Notes: generated by a model from the letters alone, not told the origin. Shown: positions 25,345 to 38,102, numbered from the stretch's first letter. The stretch is 45,310 bases of DNA from Octopus sinensis (GCF_006345805.1 NW_021832091.1:1-45310), one strand, 5' to 3'. Program-made: numbers and translations.

Positions 25345-27850
25345 AAACACCTAGTGTTTTCCATGCTTAACAATAACATTTTCTATGAGGTTATTAACAA
25401 CTACAACAGCAAAAAACAATCAGAAACCTCACCACACTCATACGCCAACACGGTCAGGGACTCACAGAAAAAGAAAGGGATATATCACATTTTCAAATGC
25501 AAGCCCAGCCTTTTTTATGGCCTTCCTAAAATCCATAAAAACAAATACATCACCGAAGCCTGCAAACTCTCCACTGACATCCACATCAACATCAAAGCAC
25601 CGGAGGACCTAAAACTAAGGCCCTCGTGGCTGGCAACCTCCTGTGAAACACACCGCCTGAGTAATTTCCTAGACATCCTTTTGAAACCTTTCCTTACCCA
25701 CATCAAAAGTTTCATTAGGGATGATCTGGACATGCTCAAACACCTCCCGAAAACAGTTAACGAGGAGGCACTCCTGGTATCCTTTGATGTCATCAACCTC
25801 TACACCAACATTCCACATGAGTATGGTATAGAGGCAATTGACTTCTGGCTAGAAAAAACACCCAGAGACATTCCCTGACCGCATATTAACAAGTCTTTTA
25901 TTACGAATCTCTCAAGTTCATTCTGACAAACAATTTTTTTCTCTTCGACGACACACACTACCGTCAAAAATGTGGCATTGCGATGGGTACCAAGGCTGCA
26001 CCAGTCCTTGCGAACCTCATAATGGGTTACTTCGAACTGTCACTCTATGAAATATCAAGCCAGAAATTTGGACATGTTTTCCACACCTACCTAATGGAAA
26101 ATGGAAAGGTATTTAGATGATTGTTTCATCATATGGAAAGAACCTTATGAAAAACTCCTGGAATTCAAAACCATACTAAACAACATACATCCCAACATCC
26201 AATTCACTATGGAATTAAGCAAACATCATCTCCCATTCCTTGATCTCCTAATTATAAAAACACCTAAGAACCAAATCATAACAGACATCTACCACAAACT
26301 ACAGACTCACAACAATACCTCCTCTTTAGTTCATGCCACCCAAACACACCAAGACAAATATCCTTTCAATTTAGCTAAAAGGGTATGCACCATTGTCTCG
26401 GATCCAAAAACACGAGAAATACGCCTTCAAGACCTCAAAAAAACACTATTACAACGTCAATATCCCTCCACCCTTATAGAGTATGGAAATAAAACGCGCC
26501 AAAGAACTAGACAACACTACACTGAAAACCACCCACCTAACACCACACACAACCTCAAAATACTTCCATACATTTCCACCCACAACCCAAAAAATATCGA
26601 AGCATACACCAAATCATACAAAACCTCAGTCTACTGTCAACAGACCCAAAAAAATGAAAAACATTATAAATACACACAAAATCCTCAAATGCAAAAGGCA
26701 ACACAAATCTTTAAAAAAACTCTTGACAAATGCAAAACTTCACACACCACATCCACCCCCAACAGTAAAAAAATGTGCACGCTCAAACTGTGGTACCTGC
26801 CCCTTTCTACTTGAAGGCTCTGAATTTACCTTCAAACAAGGTACGAAGTTTTAAAATCAAGACTAACTTCTCCTGTTCCTCCGAGAACCTTATCTACGTT
26901 CTCACATGCGCTGGTTGCCAACATAATTATGTTGGACAAACGAGTCTCCCGTTACGTAAACGAGTAACGGTGCATAAAGAACAAATAAATCTCCCGGAAT
27001 ACCGACACAAATTCCACTGAGTGACCACTTAGACTCATGTGCTAAAGACTTAAACCCCAAATTCTATATATTCCCCTTCTACCAATGTAAAGACGGGATC
27101 ACCACACAGGAGAGAATTAACAAGGAGAATCTCTTTATTGAAAAATTCCAAACACAACTTAATATGCAAACTCCTCGTTGATCAAACTTCCTTTCTCTAC
27201 CTCACTCTTCATGGATGGACTAACACAAATATATAAAGATACCATGCATTCATCACTTCAAGCTAAAACTTATATTCTTTAAATATCATTTTTACTATTG
27301 TTGTTATTACTATCATTTTATTATAAATGATATGACAATTTGAAATGCAATTGTCTATGCAGATTTATATTATTAGAAAATAATATAAATAAAGTGTTAA
27401 AATCTGAAAGTTAAGTTAACAAGCAATTATATAAAAAAGATAACGCAAATGAAGCTAAAATGATAGTTTATAATTTGGGTTTTATTGAAGAACTCAAAAG
27501 AGTTGTCTCCCCTTACTCACAACACAGGAACTGAAGAACCAGGACCACAATTACTACTACTTCTGTCCTGCAAACATGCTGAATTTAACAACACAAACCA
27601 CATGCTCTTAATCCCTTTGGATCTTAACACCTCAAGGTAATTTTTCGTAAAAACCATAAAAACTCAAGATACACAACGAACTCACAATGTATCGGAGAAC
27701 TTATTTTTTAATTTTTGTACATTTTTATCATTATTCTTTTACAAAAAACAATGCAAATTTCTTTTTTTCCCCTTTCTAATTTAAAAAAAACTTTTAAACA
27801 TAAATATTCTTGACAAGTCATACAATGACGAAAACCGGTTGAATAAATAT
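25345..27850 (+). mobile_element. Penelope-like retroelement (RT + GIY-YIG endonuclease), 5'-truncated and frameshifted, antisense in intron 8
   Basis: Motifs YGLPKIHK, LVSFDVINLYTNIP, GIAMGTKAAP (about 25970-26000) and RYLDDCFIIW. GIY-YIG-like NLIYVLTCAGCQHNYVGQT..LRKRVTVH at about 26885-26980. Several frameshifts split it into the supplied ORFs. Starts after (TA)n and ends in a hammerhead-like motif plus TA-rich tail. Confidence 0.93.
27805..27845 (+). ncRNA. Hammerhead-like motif (U3-A8 variant) at the Penelope 3' end
   Basis: tattc TTGACAA gtca tacaa tgac GAAA(a) ccgg TT gaata. Confidence 0.62.
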
Positions 27851-28828
27851 ATATTTATATATTTTATCAATTTCTCATTTTATTTAAATTTCTTTCATTT
27901 GAGCATTCTGCATTTTAAAAAAAAATTTTTCCTTACTTATATATATATTATATGATATTTATATTGCTTGTTTACACTTTTTAATATCAGTGGACTTTCG
28001 TCACTGAAAAAGATATAAATTGCAAAGGGAGGCCTACTTTTCATTGATAATCGATGATTGTCACACGTTGATGACGGGTCAATACTCAGAAACTCGAGTC
28101 CGTGTGTATCATACAGGTTGAAGATGGGAAGGATGGCTTCCCTTTGCAAATAATGATAAGGCACAGTGTGTCAATAGCCAGCTGGAGGAGGTGTCCTCCT
28201 GGGGCTACAAGCTACAGTAACATCCACCCTTAGGGTTAGCCACATTTAAGTAGCAAATATACTTCACGATATATATATATATGTTTATCTGAGAATAAAA
28301 ATTTGAAAAATTTTGTAGTGAGTAAGAAAGAAATATATATTTTATACATTTTATTCTTTATTTCTCGATTTCAAATTTAAACTTCTTATCGTGCCAAATA
28401 TTGACTGGAAACGATTATCTCCCTTACATTCACTGACCGTCAGGCACAACACTTGTATAAATAATAAAATTAATAGCATCTTAATGTCCTTCGATACAGT
28501 TTCAATTACCGATTGGCTCATCTTTCGCTATACTTATGTTGATGCAGGGAAACAGTTTGGGAAAGCATGAATGGAAAGAGCGTAATTATTTCCATCTTTC
28601 AGTCAGGTGAGGTAAGTCAGTACTCAAGAAATGAAACCAATGGGCGCAGCTCATTGGATGCTAACAATTGGGCACGAGAGACGGGACATTCCTCTTGTTT
28701 TGGAAACACTACATTCTAGCACTTGAGGCAAACACATACACACACACAAAATAAAATCACGCACACACAGACACACCTGGCATGCAATCTTCACACTTCC
28801 TAAGAGCAGAACGATCGTCTCTGATGTA

Positions 28829-28912
28829 GGAGAAGGTGCTAAAAAGTTCTTGGCTTTGGATAAAAGAAAATACAGGAGTATCAGTAAATTAGGATTTTCT
28901 TCAACAAAACCC
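28829..28912. mobile_element. Mariner-type terminal fragment
   Basis: ggagaaggtgctaaaaagttcttggcttt resembles a TACGAGGG..GCTGAAAAGTTC mariner end; related end at 44590-44650 (tacgaggatcggctgaaaagttcatagg on minus strand). Confidence 0.45.
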
Positions 28913-29761
28913 CCTCTCGTGGAGGTGAGTGGCTTAGTGTTTAGGAGTGTTGGACTCATGATCGCAAGATTGTGGTTTGGATACCGGGCGACACAGGTTC
29001 TTCAACAAAACGCTTCATTTCACGTTGCTCCACCCAGCCGTCAGAAATGAGTAATCCTGCGACGGACCGGTATTCCTTCCAGATAGGAGAATATAATCGC
29101 CATGGAACCCGGAAAACCGGTCCTATAGATCTATATAACTTGGAGAGGAACTTTACTTAACTCTATTCAACTCTCATATTCACACACTTATTGTAGCGGT
29201 CCTTCACTTTTTCTAAGCCCTGGAAAAGAACTCGGAAGGTTATGCCTCCAGCCAGGTCTTTCACGACACTCTTAAAGCCAGAAACTTTTCAGTAACCCAT
29301 GGTAATAAATATTTCAAAGGAAATATTCCAAGGAGGTAATGTTATATTTTTATTTTTAAATCCGTTATAATTTCTGTTACAAAAGTCCAATAGCTACACG
29401 TTAGGGCTTGCTACAGCTTGACATACGAACGTAAACTCGAATTTCTTTGCGAACAACATAAAAATCTATGCTAACAATGTGGCCCGACTCAGGTGTTGAT
29501 CCAGTCAAGATGACGCTTATCCTGATACCAGCCAGATACGAAGAAATTTGTAAATGGGAAGCGACTGTTTAACTCTGAATGGAAAGTGCCAAAATAGCGC
29601 AAGGTGTTTTGACCAAAGCCCAAGCGAATTGGCCAAGTTGTTGCTTATAGAAACTGACAGAAAGTAAGTAGATTTTTATCATAATTCATCAGAACTCATT
29701 AACGTATCTCATCTGTGTATGATTTTCAAGATGAACAAGCGTTTTCCAGTTATTTTATAAA

Positions 29762-30018
29762 ATTGTTGTAGCGTGTAAGGTGTTTATAAGCCATTTAAGA
29801 AACACACAAAACCGTTAGATTCACTTCAACATTTAAATTTAATTTGTCAAAAGATATATTCGAGAAAGTTTCAGATGCAGCACGAAGCTTTGTCAGTGAA
29901 CAGGTTGCGGTCTCAAAGCGACGAAAATATTTTGACAAATTAAATTTAAATGTTGGAGTGAATCTAACGGTTTTGAGGGTTTCTTAAAGGGCTTATAAAC
30001 AGCTTCCACGCTGCAATT
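29762..30018. repeat. Inverted repeat (about 95-bp arms, about 70-nt spacer)
   Basis: aaaaccgttagattcacttcaacatttaaatttaatttgtcaaa / tttgacaaattaaatttaaatgttggagtgaatctaacggtttt. Confidence 0.92.
29889..29939 (+). ncRNA. Hammerhead-like motif with G3-C8 core
   Basis: tttgtca GTGAACA g gttgc ggtctcaaa gcgac GAAA atat TT tgacaaa; 7-bp stem I, 5-bp stem II, palindromic ATAT. Confidence 0.5.
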
Positions 30019-30699
30019 GTTTTCGCTCCAGCACACGATCTCAGATCAAGTCACTCGCTATGCAAGGACATCGTAATTTATAAAATTGTGTATATCAAAA
30101 TACTTTAATGACACACCAGTCAGAGAGGAAACCACACACATACACCCATACGCAAACAAACACACACACACACACGCCTACACATACACAAATATATATA
30201 TACACGTGCATACATTCTTAGATATATAGATACATATTCATCTACATGCATATATATATGATACACACACATACATATATGTATATATACATGCACATAA
30301 ATATATTAAATACACACACACACTCACATATATACTTAAATGTATGTATATGCCTATATATGTATATACATGTAAGTCTATATACATGTATTTATGTATA
30401 TATATATACACATATATACATATATATATATATGTGTGTGTGTGTGAGTGTATTTATGCATATATGTATACACACAGACATATACACTAAAAAGACATAC
30501 ACACACACTTACACTCACACAAACACGCGCACATGGACTCACACACACACACACATTGACTAGTAAAGTTTTTTTTTCCGTGATAATCATAATCTTCACA
30601 ATATTTAGACGTCTCTCTTTCTACCATGTTATTACCATCAACAAATTTACATCGAAAACAGCTTTAATAATTGTTATCATTATCAGTCATGAATATTTG

Positions 30700-30766
<67 letters not shown>

Positions 30767-30894
30767 CGATGGGTATTTAATTGAACTCAAACGGATCAAG
30801 TTTACATCATTTGGATGGATCTCTGCTATGAGGCTCTTGTTCAAGTTTCTACCGTATTGGCTTTGTTTTCGACTGTCTGTGGTCAAGAATTTAC

Positions 30895-31382
30895 ATCATG
30901 ATCATGAGCATTATCGTCGTCATCATCATCATCATCATCACCATCATCAACATAATCCTCCTCCTCCTCCTCCTCCTCATCATCATCATCATCATTATCA
31001 GCATCATCATTATCATCATCAACATCATTATCATCATCATCAGCAGCAGCAGCACCATCATCACCATCATCCTCTTTGTCGTCGTCTATGTCGTTGTCAT
31101 CCTCATCATCAGCATCATCATCTTCATCATCATCCTCATCATCATCATCGTCATCGTGATCGTCATCGTCGTCATCATCGTCCTCACCATCATCATCATC
31201 CTCTTCATCGTCGTCGTCTATGTCGTTGTCATAGTCCTTCTCTTCCTCCTCATCATCATCATCGTCATCGGGATCGTCGTCGTCATCATCATCTTCATCC
31301 TCCTCACCATCATCACCATCATCCCCTTCGTCGTCGTCTAAGTCGTTGCCATCGTCATCATCAGCACCATCATTATCGATTT
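30895..31382. repeat. (CAT)n/(CGT)n/(CCT)n compound microsatellite with a higher-order unit
   Basis: catcctct(t)..gtcgtcgtctatgtcgttgtc recurs at about 31070, 31198 and 31320. Confidence 0.92.
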
Positions 31383-32024
31383 TGACTTGTATGGGTAGGA
31401 CGGAATTTGGTGACGCGGATTTTCTACAGCGAGATAGCGAGATACCGTACCTGTCGCCAACCTTCCACTGTTTCGTGGGAAGATAATATTTCCCTGTGAT
31501 ATCATGCCTTGGAAGATTTCATGACATTGTCACTCGATTACATCCAACAAACAATGCCAAAGAAAGAACAGTGAAACACACACACACACACACACACGAT
31601 ACACGAGTTGACATGCAGAGGGACTGAACCGTAAACCACATAGCTGCAGAGCACTTATTCTTTAATTCTTTTATTCCTTTATTCTTTTATTCTTTCATTC
31701 CTTTATTATTTTGTTCTTTTATTCTTTTAATTGTTTCAGTCATTTGACTGCGACCATGCTAGAGCACCGCCTTAAAGGAATTTTAGTCGAAGAAATCGAC
31801 CCCAGAACTTATTCTTCGTAAGCCTATTACTTATTCTATCGGTCTTTTTTGTCAATGTGCTAAGTTATTGGGACGTAAACACATAACCATTGGTTGTAGA
31901 GTGATAGTGGTGGAGCGAGTGAGACACAAACACACGAATATATCCGTATATGTATATATGCCATGATAAATCGTTAGCTCCTACACGCATTTTTTGCTCT
32001 CCTTGTTTTTTTTTCTCTCTGTAT

Positions 32025-32060
32025 CTTTCTGTCGAAGAGCGTAGGCTCGAAACGTAAAAG
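32025..32060 (+). ncRNA. Decayed hammerhead (A6U)
   Basis: cttt CTGTCGA a gagc gtag gctc GAAA cg TA aaag. Confidence 0.55.
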
Positions 32061-32156
32061 ACTTGTTCTATTTCTATTCCTGAGCGCCATACTAATACAT
32101 TTGTTTGTTTGTACTCCACCTGCCTTCGTCTTTTGTTTATTTTCGTAAACCTTCCC

Positions 32157-32199
<43 letters not shown>

Positions 32200-32200
32200 T

Positions 32201-32735
32201 AAAATTAATATGGCAGTAAATATGAAAGTAAATTTTAATACAAATGGGTGTATGAAAACTTAAAAAAAGAAATCAAACCAGCTTTCATTGCAAGGCAAAT
32301 TTTCAAGAGTTGGAAGGGAAAAAATATCATTTTAAATTGAGGAAGAGGAAAAAAGAAATTTACAATTTTTTTCCAAAAGAGTAATAAATATATACAAAAA
32401 TTAATAAATAAGTATACCAATCAATTGTAATGTCTTTACGCTTTTAGAGTTCAATATTAGTCCCTGGAAAAAATTCTTTGGAGGATTAAGATGCATCTGT
32501 TTTAGTGTAGTGCTTTGTTTATAAAGTTTGGATGTTTATGTGTCAAAACATATTTATTACTTTTTTGGAAAAAAATTGTAACTTACTTTTTTCCCCTTCC
32601 TAAATTAAAAAACATTTCCCTTCGAAGTCTTGAAAATTTGCCTTGCAATAAAAGCTGGTTTGATTTCTTTTTTTTATATTTTTCATAATACCATTTAAAA
32701 AAAATTTACTTTCGGTTTAGCATTCTGCCATATTA
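32201..32735. repeat. Inverted repeat (about 185-bp arms, about 155-nt spacer), MITE-like
   Basis: aaagaaatcaaaccagctttcattgcaaggcaaattttcaag / cttgaaaatttgccttgcaataaaagctggtttgatttcttt. Confidence 0.85.
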
Positions 32736-32894
32736 TTTTTTCCTCTCCTATCATTTCTCCACGTACGGTTAACACAACCCCACCATTTACTGACCTATAT
32801 CCATATATATATATGTATATATATGTAAATATATATATATATTTAATATAATATATATACATATATATATAGATATATGTATATGCTACATGTA

Positions 32895-32948
<54 letters not shown>

Positions 32949-33254
32949 CTATTATATATATACATATATATACGACAGGTTTCTGTCTACCAAATCCACT
33001 CAAAAGGTTTTGGTCGGCCGGAGGCTGTAGTAGAAGTCACTTGCCCAAAGTGCTAGGCAGTGGGTCTGAACTTGGAACCATGTTGCTGGGAAGCAAGCTC
33101 TTTATCACACAACCACGCCTGTGCCTTATATAGAAAATTCTCCTAATGTCTACATTTCATTGCAAATTTTCCCCAACACTCTGCATGAATAAACTCCAGA
33201 AACTGAAATATGGTGAAGAGAAAATAAAAATGTCATTTTCAGAATAAGACTTAC

Positions 33255-33371
33255 CTTGGTATGTTCCTCGATGATCTTTTGAGATTCTGCATCACCGTTG
33301 ACCCGCATGTCTTCCATCAACATAGTTTTCATACTATCAATCGCTCGGGCCTTTTCCTCAAGCAAGCACAT
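33255..33371 (-). CDS. Coiled-coil protein, exon 8 (phase 0-0)
   Basis: gtctttgttag|ATGT...CAAG|gtaagt; 117 nt; MCLLEEKARAIDSMKTMLMEDMRVNGDAESQKIIEEHTK. Confidence 0.88.
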
Positions 33372-33894
33372 CTAACAAAGACGATATTCACGCATATTAA
33401 CCTATATCTTATCGTTTATCTATTACATGTTTCATTAAATAGACTGCGGCTATGCTGAAGCACCACCTCGAAGAGGTTTTACTCAAATGTATCGACCCCA
33501 ATATTTACTTAGTATAAGCCTGGTAATTGTTCCATCAATCTTTTCTGCCGAACCGCTAATTTACGGGGAAGTAAACACAGTTACACCGGTTGTCAAGCGA
33601 TAGTTGGGGACAAACATAGACACAAAGACACGTAAATGAGGCCACTCAAGAGTAACGTCCCTTGATTCATTGATTCATTGTTTTATTTATGTGAATTTAC
33701 GAGAAATCCTGTGAACGAAGCGAGACAGTTTTCAAAAATGCCTCAATATGATCGGCTTCAAAATTGCCTTAGACGCTAGGATATTTTTCTACATTTCTTA
33801 TCATGAAACCAATAGTAACTTTAGTTTACAAATATAGAAATTATATCTACCAATGCGGTGTTGAGCACTCATTTCATCGTTTGATATTTACGTA

Positions 33895-33930
<36 letters not shown>

Positions 33931-33949
33931 TTATATATATATATATATT

Positions 33950-33981
<32 letters not shown>

Positions 33982-34040
33982 GTATAAATATACGTGTATA
34001 TATATATATATGTATATATATTATCTATATATATATATAT

Positions 34041-34077
<37 letters not shown>

Positions 34078-34607
34078 CTATATACATGTGTGGTGTGTAT
34101 GTTTGCATATGGTAATCTTCTTTCGGTTTCCGTATACCAAATTCGTCACAAGGTGCTGGTCGGCCCGAGGCTACAGTAGAAGGACTTGCCCAAGGTGCTA
34201 CACGGCTTGACAACCGGTGTTAGTTTCTCTACGTTCCTGTAACTTAGACATTCGGCAAAAGAGACCGACGGAATACGTATCAGGCTTTAAAAAATGTGTA
34301 CTAGTGTCTACTCGTTCGGCTAGGCGGAACACCAGCATGGCCGCAGTCAAGAAGCTGAACGAAATGTATATATTATATATATATATATATATAATATATA
34401 TATATATAGTATATACATACATACATATATTATAGTATGTATGTATTGTATGTATGTATGTATGTATGTATGTATCTGTCGCGTGTGTATGTATGTACAT
34501 ATGTACGCATGTGTGTATGTATGTATGTATGTGTGTATGTATGTATGTGCATGTATGTACGTTATGTGTGCATATGTGTGTATGTATGTATGTATATGTA
34601 TACTAAC

Positions 34608-34709
34608 CTGTTTCGCCTTCTCCAAATTTAGCCTCGCAATAGTTTCTCCAAGTTTCTCCTCTTGTTCTTGTTTCGCTTTTTCTCTCTGCTTGAGGAGACT
34701 TCTGTTGAT
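34608..34709 (-). CDS. Coiled-coil protein, exon 7 (phase 0-0)
   Basis: ttgcactttag|ATCA...ACAG|gttagt; 102 nt; INRSLLKQREKAKQEQEEKLGETIARLNLEKAKQ. Confidence 0.88.
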
Positions 34710-35045
34710 CTAAAGTGCAATTATATTCATAATCAAGGTATATTCTAATTATTATGTCAATATTAATAATATTACTATCATAATAAAATGCATACATATA
34801 CATATTTGCAGAAATATAATACAACACACACAAACCACACACACACACAACCACACATACACACACACACACACACCACACCCACACACCACACACACAC
34901 ATAATATATATATTATATATGTGTGTGTGTGTGTGGTGTGTGTTATGTATGTATTGTATGTATAATGATTGAAAAGGGACACACGAGTTGATATATATGA
35001 AAAAACAAGTCAAGATAGAAAATTCTAAAATAATTTAAGACATTT

Positions 35046-35086
35046 CAGTACCGGTTTCGGTCGGGCATTTGATACCTTTTCAACTG
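35046..35086 (-). ncRNA. Hammerhead-like motif (U3-A8 variant)
   Basis: cag TTGAAAA ggt atcaaatgcccg acc GAAA ccgg TA ctg. Confidence 0.6.
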
Positions 35087-35292
35087 CAACTATTAAAGAA
35101 TTAAATTAGAAAAATTAAAGAAAGGTTATTTTAAAAGAATTTTTCTATAGTGTTCAAATATAAGTGCCATTTCTGTGTTTCTGCTTTCTCTGTCTCTTTG
35201 GGTTCAAGTTCATGATATATATATATTATATAAAACATTATTGGTGATTGAAGAAATGGAGCTGAACGCAGATTTAACAGAAATCGTTTTAT

Positions 35293-35374
35293 TTCTTCTA
35301 CACGTGTTTCGAAAAGCACAATGACCAAAATCCGATTGAATAATGGGACTATTGTGTCTTCTCTTCAGGAGAAA
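35293..35374 (-). ncRNA. Minimal type I hammerhead ribozyme (intact core, sense to host pre-mRNA)
   Basis: tttctc CTGAAGA gaagacacaat...attgtgcttttc GAAA cacgtg TA gaagaa. About 11-bp stem II, palindromic CACGTG, GUA site at 35299/35298. Confidence 0.8.
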
Positions 35375-35468
35375 AAATCACTGCTGTGATTTTTGTACTA
35401 AGGTAATCGGTTAAACGTTTTGATTATCCACTACAAGATTATTCATCTTTCTATTTCACATAATATAT

Positions 35469-35504
<36 letters not shown>

Positions 35505-35965
35505 CAATGTTTGCCGATAGGTGAGAATGACTCACCAAACGCTGGATATTATAACACTTGAAAGTCATAGGCAGGAGAGACAACTCGTCCCAATCTTCAG
35601 GAGTGGTGGACATTGATGTTTCGTCATTTTTCCGGCTTATCAACATCAATTACCTATACTTTCGGCTTTGGCGTTCAAGAGGCTAGCAAGCAAAATTATA
35701 TCAGCTAGACGTCCTACGAATATGATTTGGTGTCCTGGGTGAAGGTTTTTGTGGGACAAACCACAACTTTTGAGAATATAGATAACAGATGGGTCGTGCA
35801 AATATTTGCCGCAAATACAATGGGTAAATTACCTCAGGGACTTCTATTGTAGTTCTTCATCTTTTGGCTTTGTTGCTTTCACTGAGGCTTAGAATCTCCA
35901 GCCCACCCTAATCGGCTAAATGCGTACTTGATCACCCCACACCCCAAATTTCTAAGTCCTCGTGC

Positions 35966-35996
<31 letters not shown>

Positions 35997-36129
35997 CAGC
36001 CGAAACTGCAAAGATAATCTTGAACTCGACTGACGAAAGAAAACACCGAATGACCTGCCCTCATTTTTTCTTGTCTCTTCGTATCATCTGTCTTGTTGTC
36101 ACCTGTTTGTATTTTTGTATATATATATG

Positions 36130-36239
<110 letters not shown>

Positions 36240-36285
36240 ATATATATATATATAAATGTATATATATATATATATTGTATTCTTG

Positions 36286-36316
<31 letters not shown>

Positions 36317-36342
36317 GGTGCCCCAAAATTTACAAACTATAC

Positions 36343-36465
36343 CTCTTCAATTTCGGAAGATAAGTTGATCTCATCGATCTCAGGTGTGTAAAAGTCTGCA
36401 TCCGTGGTTGCTGAGTTTTCATTCACGCCATTTGCGTCGCCACTCTCAGTATTCGTGTCACCTGA
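36343..36465 (-). CDS. Coiled-coil protein, exon 6 (phase 0-0, acidic linker)
   Basis: ttttctttttcaaactgtcgaacaacag|TCAG...AGAG|gtatag; 123 nt; [41 protein letters not shown]. Confidence 0.78.
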
Positions 36466-36693
36466 CTGTTGTTCGACAGTTTGAAAAAGAAAAATCATTA
36501 AATTAGCTACATATTTACATAGCTTAATTAGTGTGTGTATAACATTTGTTTTAATGTATCTTTTGGTTTAAGACAACATCCATGAAAATTTTTCATGGCC
36601 CGTGTGATCGTGGGGAAAATGGAGGAAGTTAACCACAGAATGGAATCCTAGCCTAAATACTTGCAACAAAGCGGATTCTGTTGAAGTGAATGC

Positions 36694-36824
36694 ACTTATT
36701 TCTTATTTTTATTTTCCTAAATTTTTTTCGTTGCGTCTTGCAACCTTTTCAATTGTCTTGAAAGACTATTGAAAAGGTTGCAAGACAACGAAAACTTAAA
36801 GAAAAAAGAAAATAAGAAATAAGT
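36694..36824. repeat. Short palindrome (about 65-bp arms, 2-nt loop)
   Basis: cttgcaaccttttcaattgtctt ga aagactattgaaaaggttgcaag. Confidence 0.9.
36766..36800 (+). ncRNA. Hammerhead-like motif (U3-A8, extra G), in both arms of palindrome 36694-36824
   Basis: cta TTGAAAA g gttg caaga caac GAAA ac TT aa. The mirror arm (36718-36755, minus) ends ...caac GAAA aaaa TT tag; stem III is degenerate. Confidence 0.45.
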
Positions 36825-36965
36825 AGAAATTTTACCGGTGAGCGTGTTTCATTATAAGGCCCAAAAAGAAAATGACTCTCCCCAGACACAACAAAATGCA
36901 TTGTTAACGATCTCTTTTGAATTAAAGTAGTAAAGCAAAGCTTAAGATAAAAACATAAAAGTTAC

Positions 36966-37074
36966 TTTTGCTGCCAATGCTTGCTGTTTCTCTTGGTTAT
37001 CTAATTTCTGTTTCCTTTTCATTGCGAGTTTCTCCTCTAGAAGACTTTGTTGGCGCAGTTTATTCAGAGTTAAG
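36966..37074 (-). CDS. Coiled-coil protein, exon 5 (phase 2-0)
   Basis: cttttatccatcag|CTTA...AAAA|gtaact; 109 nt; LTLNKLRQQSLLEEKLAMKRKQKLDNQEKQQALAAK. Confidence 0.88.
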
Positions 37075-37229
37075 CTGATGGATAAAAGTTTAAAAATTCA
37101 ATTAGTTCGTTAAAACTGGTTTCAAATGGATAAACAGAAGTAAGGTTTACACAGTGGCTTAGCTTGAGTGTGTGCTAAGCTGAGGTTAAACAAGTAATAA
37201 TCCGAGGGAGATAACTTTTTGCAATCCTA

Positions 37230-37829
37230 AGCGTGCATAAGCCGTGGTTAAGAAGGGGCCAGCATTTGGAACTTGTCACCAACCATGTGCGTTTCAAACG
37301 CAAGATGATGTTCTGAATCTGGTGGGACTATGAGGGGATAATTCCCTGTGAGTTCGTTCAGGACGATTGAACCGTCGATGCCAACGTGTGCTCCGAGCAG
37401 CTGGAACGGATGTATCCCATTGCGCAGCAAAGATGCACGTCGTTCGTTAAAATAAAAGCGAGCTCTTCGGCAAGAAGACAAGACAATATCTCTGCCGCTC
37501 GAACGACCTGGGGTAAACTCCAGGGCTGAAGGAAATCGAATTGACTCTACACCCAGCATATAGCCCAGAGTTATTATTTGTACCGATTTATGGCTCACTT
37601 CCTGCACTACTCGCAACGCTTCATCGACCAAGAGAAAGCGGAAATTTTAATGGAGTTTTTTTTTTTCGTTGTTACCTCGAATGACAAGAACTGCTAACTC
37701 GAGGGATCAAAGAACTTGTAGAAGTGTGCAATCGATGGCTTCTACATCGAATGCTAGACTGGTTTTGTTGTAAATTGACGAATAAAACAAATAATTTACC
37801 AAAATATTGCAAAAACTTTTGATAGATAC

Positions 37830-37830
<1 letters not shown>
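37230..37830 (+). mobile_element. Mariner transposase catalytic-domain remnant
   Basis: Degenerate plus-strand KMM..IWWDYEGII...TVDAN..SEQLER...QDN...TWGKLQ...LHPAYSPEL, ending in TIR-like gcaaaaacttttgatagataca. Confidence 0.78.
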
Positions 37831-37907
<77 letters not shown>

Positions 37908-37958
37908 GGATGAGGCTGGATGGCTGGATGGATGGATGGATGAATGGATGGATCGATG

Positions 37959-38017
<59 letters not shown>

Positions 38018-38019
38018 GA

Positions 38020-38055
<36 letters not shown>

Positions 38056-38102
38056 ATGGATGGATGGAAGGATGGATGGATGGATGGATGGATGGATGGA
38101 TG

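Noticed and set aside
29188-29219. Candidate exon GLEKVKDRYN with a good acceptor; also 27976-28003 (DESPLILKS) and 28777-28820 (DDRSALRKCEDCMP)
   Set aside because: Weak donors or a transposon-derived acceptor; exons 8 and 9 already join in phase with a gapless repeat alignment
32201-32735. Search for a hammerhead in this inverted repeat
   Set aside because: No core found on either strand; treated as MITE-like
35531-35640. Open frame ending at a strong TTG|GTGAGT donor (minus strand)
   Set aside because: No polypyrimidine acceptor and the phase does not fit exons 6-7
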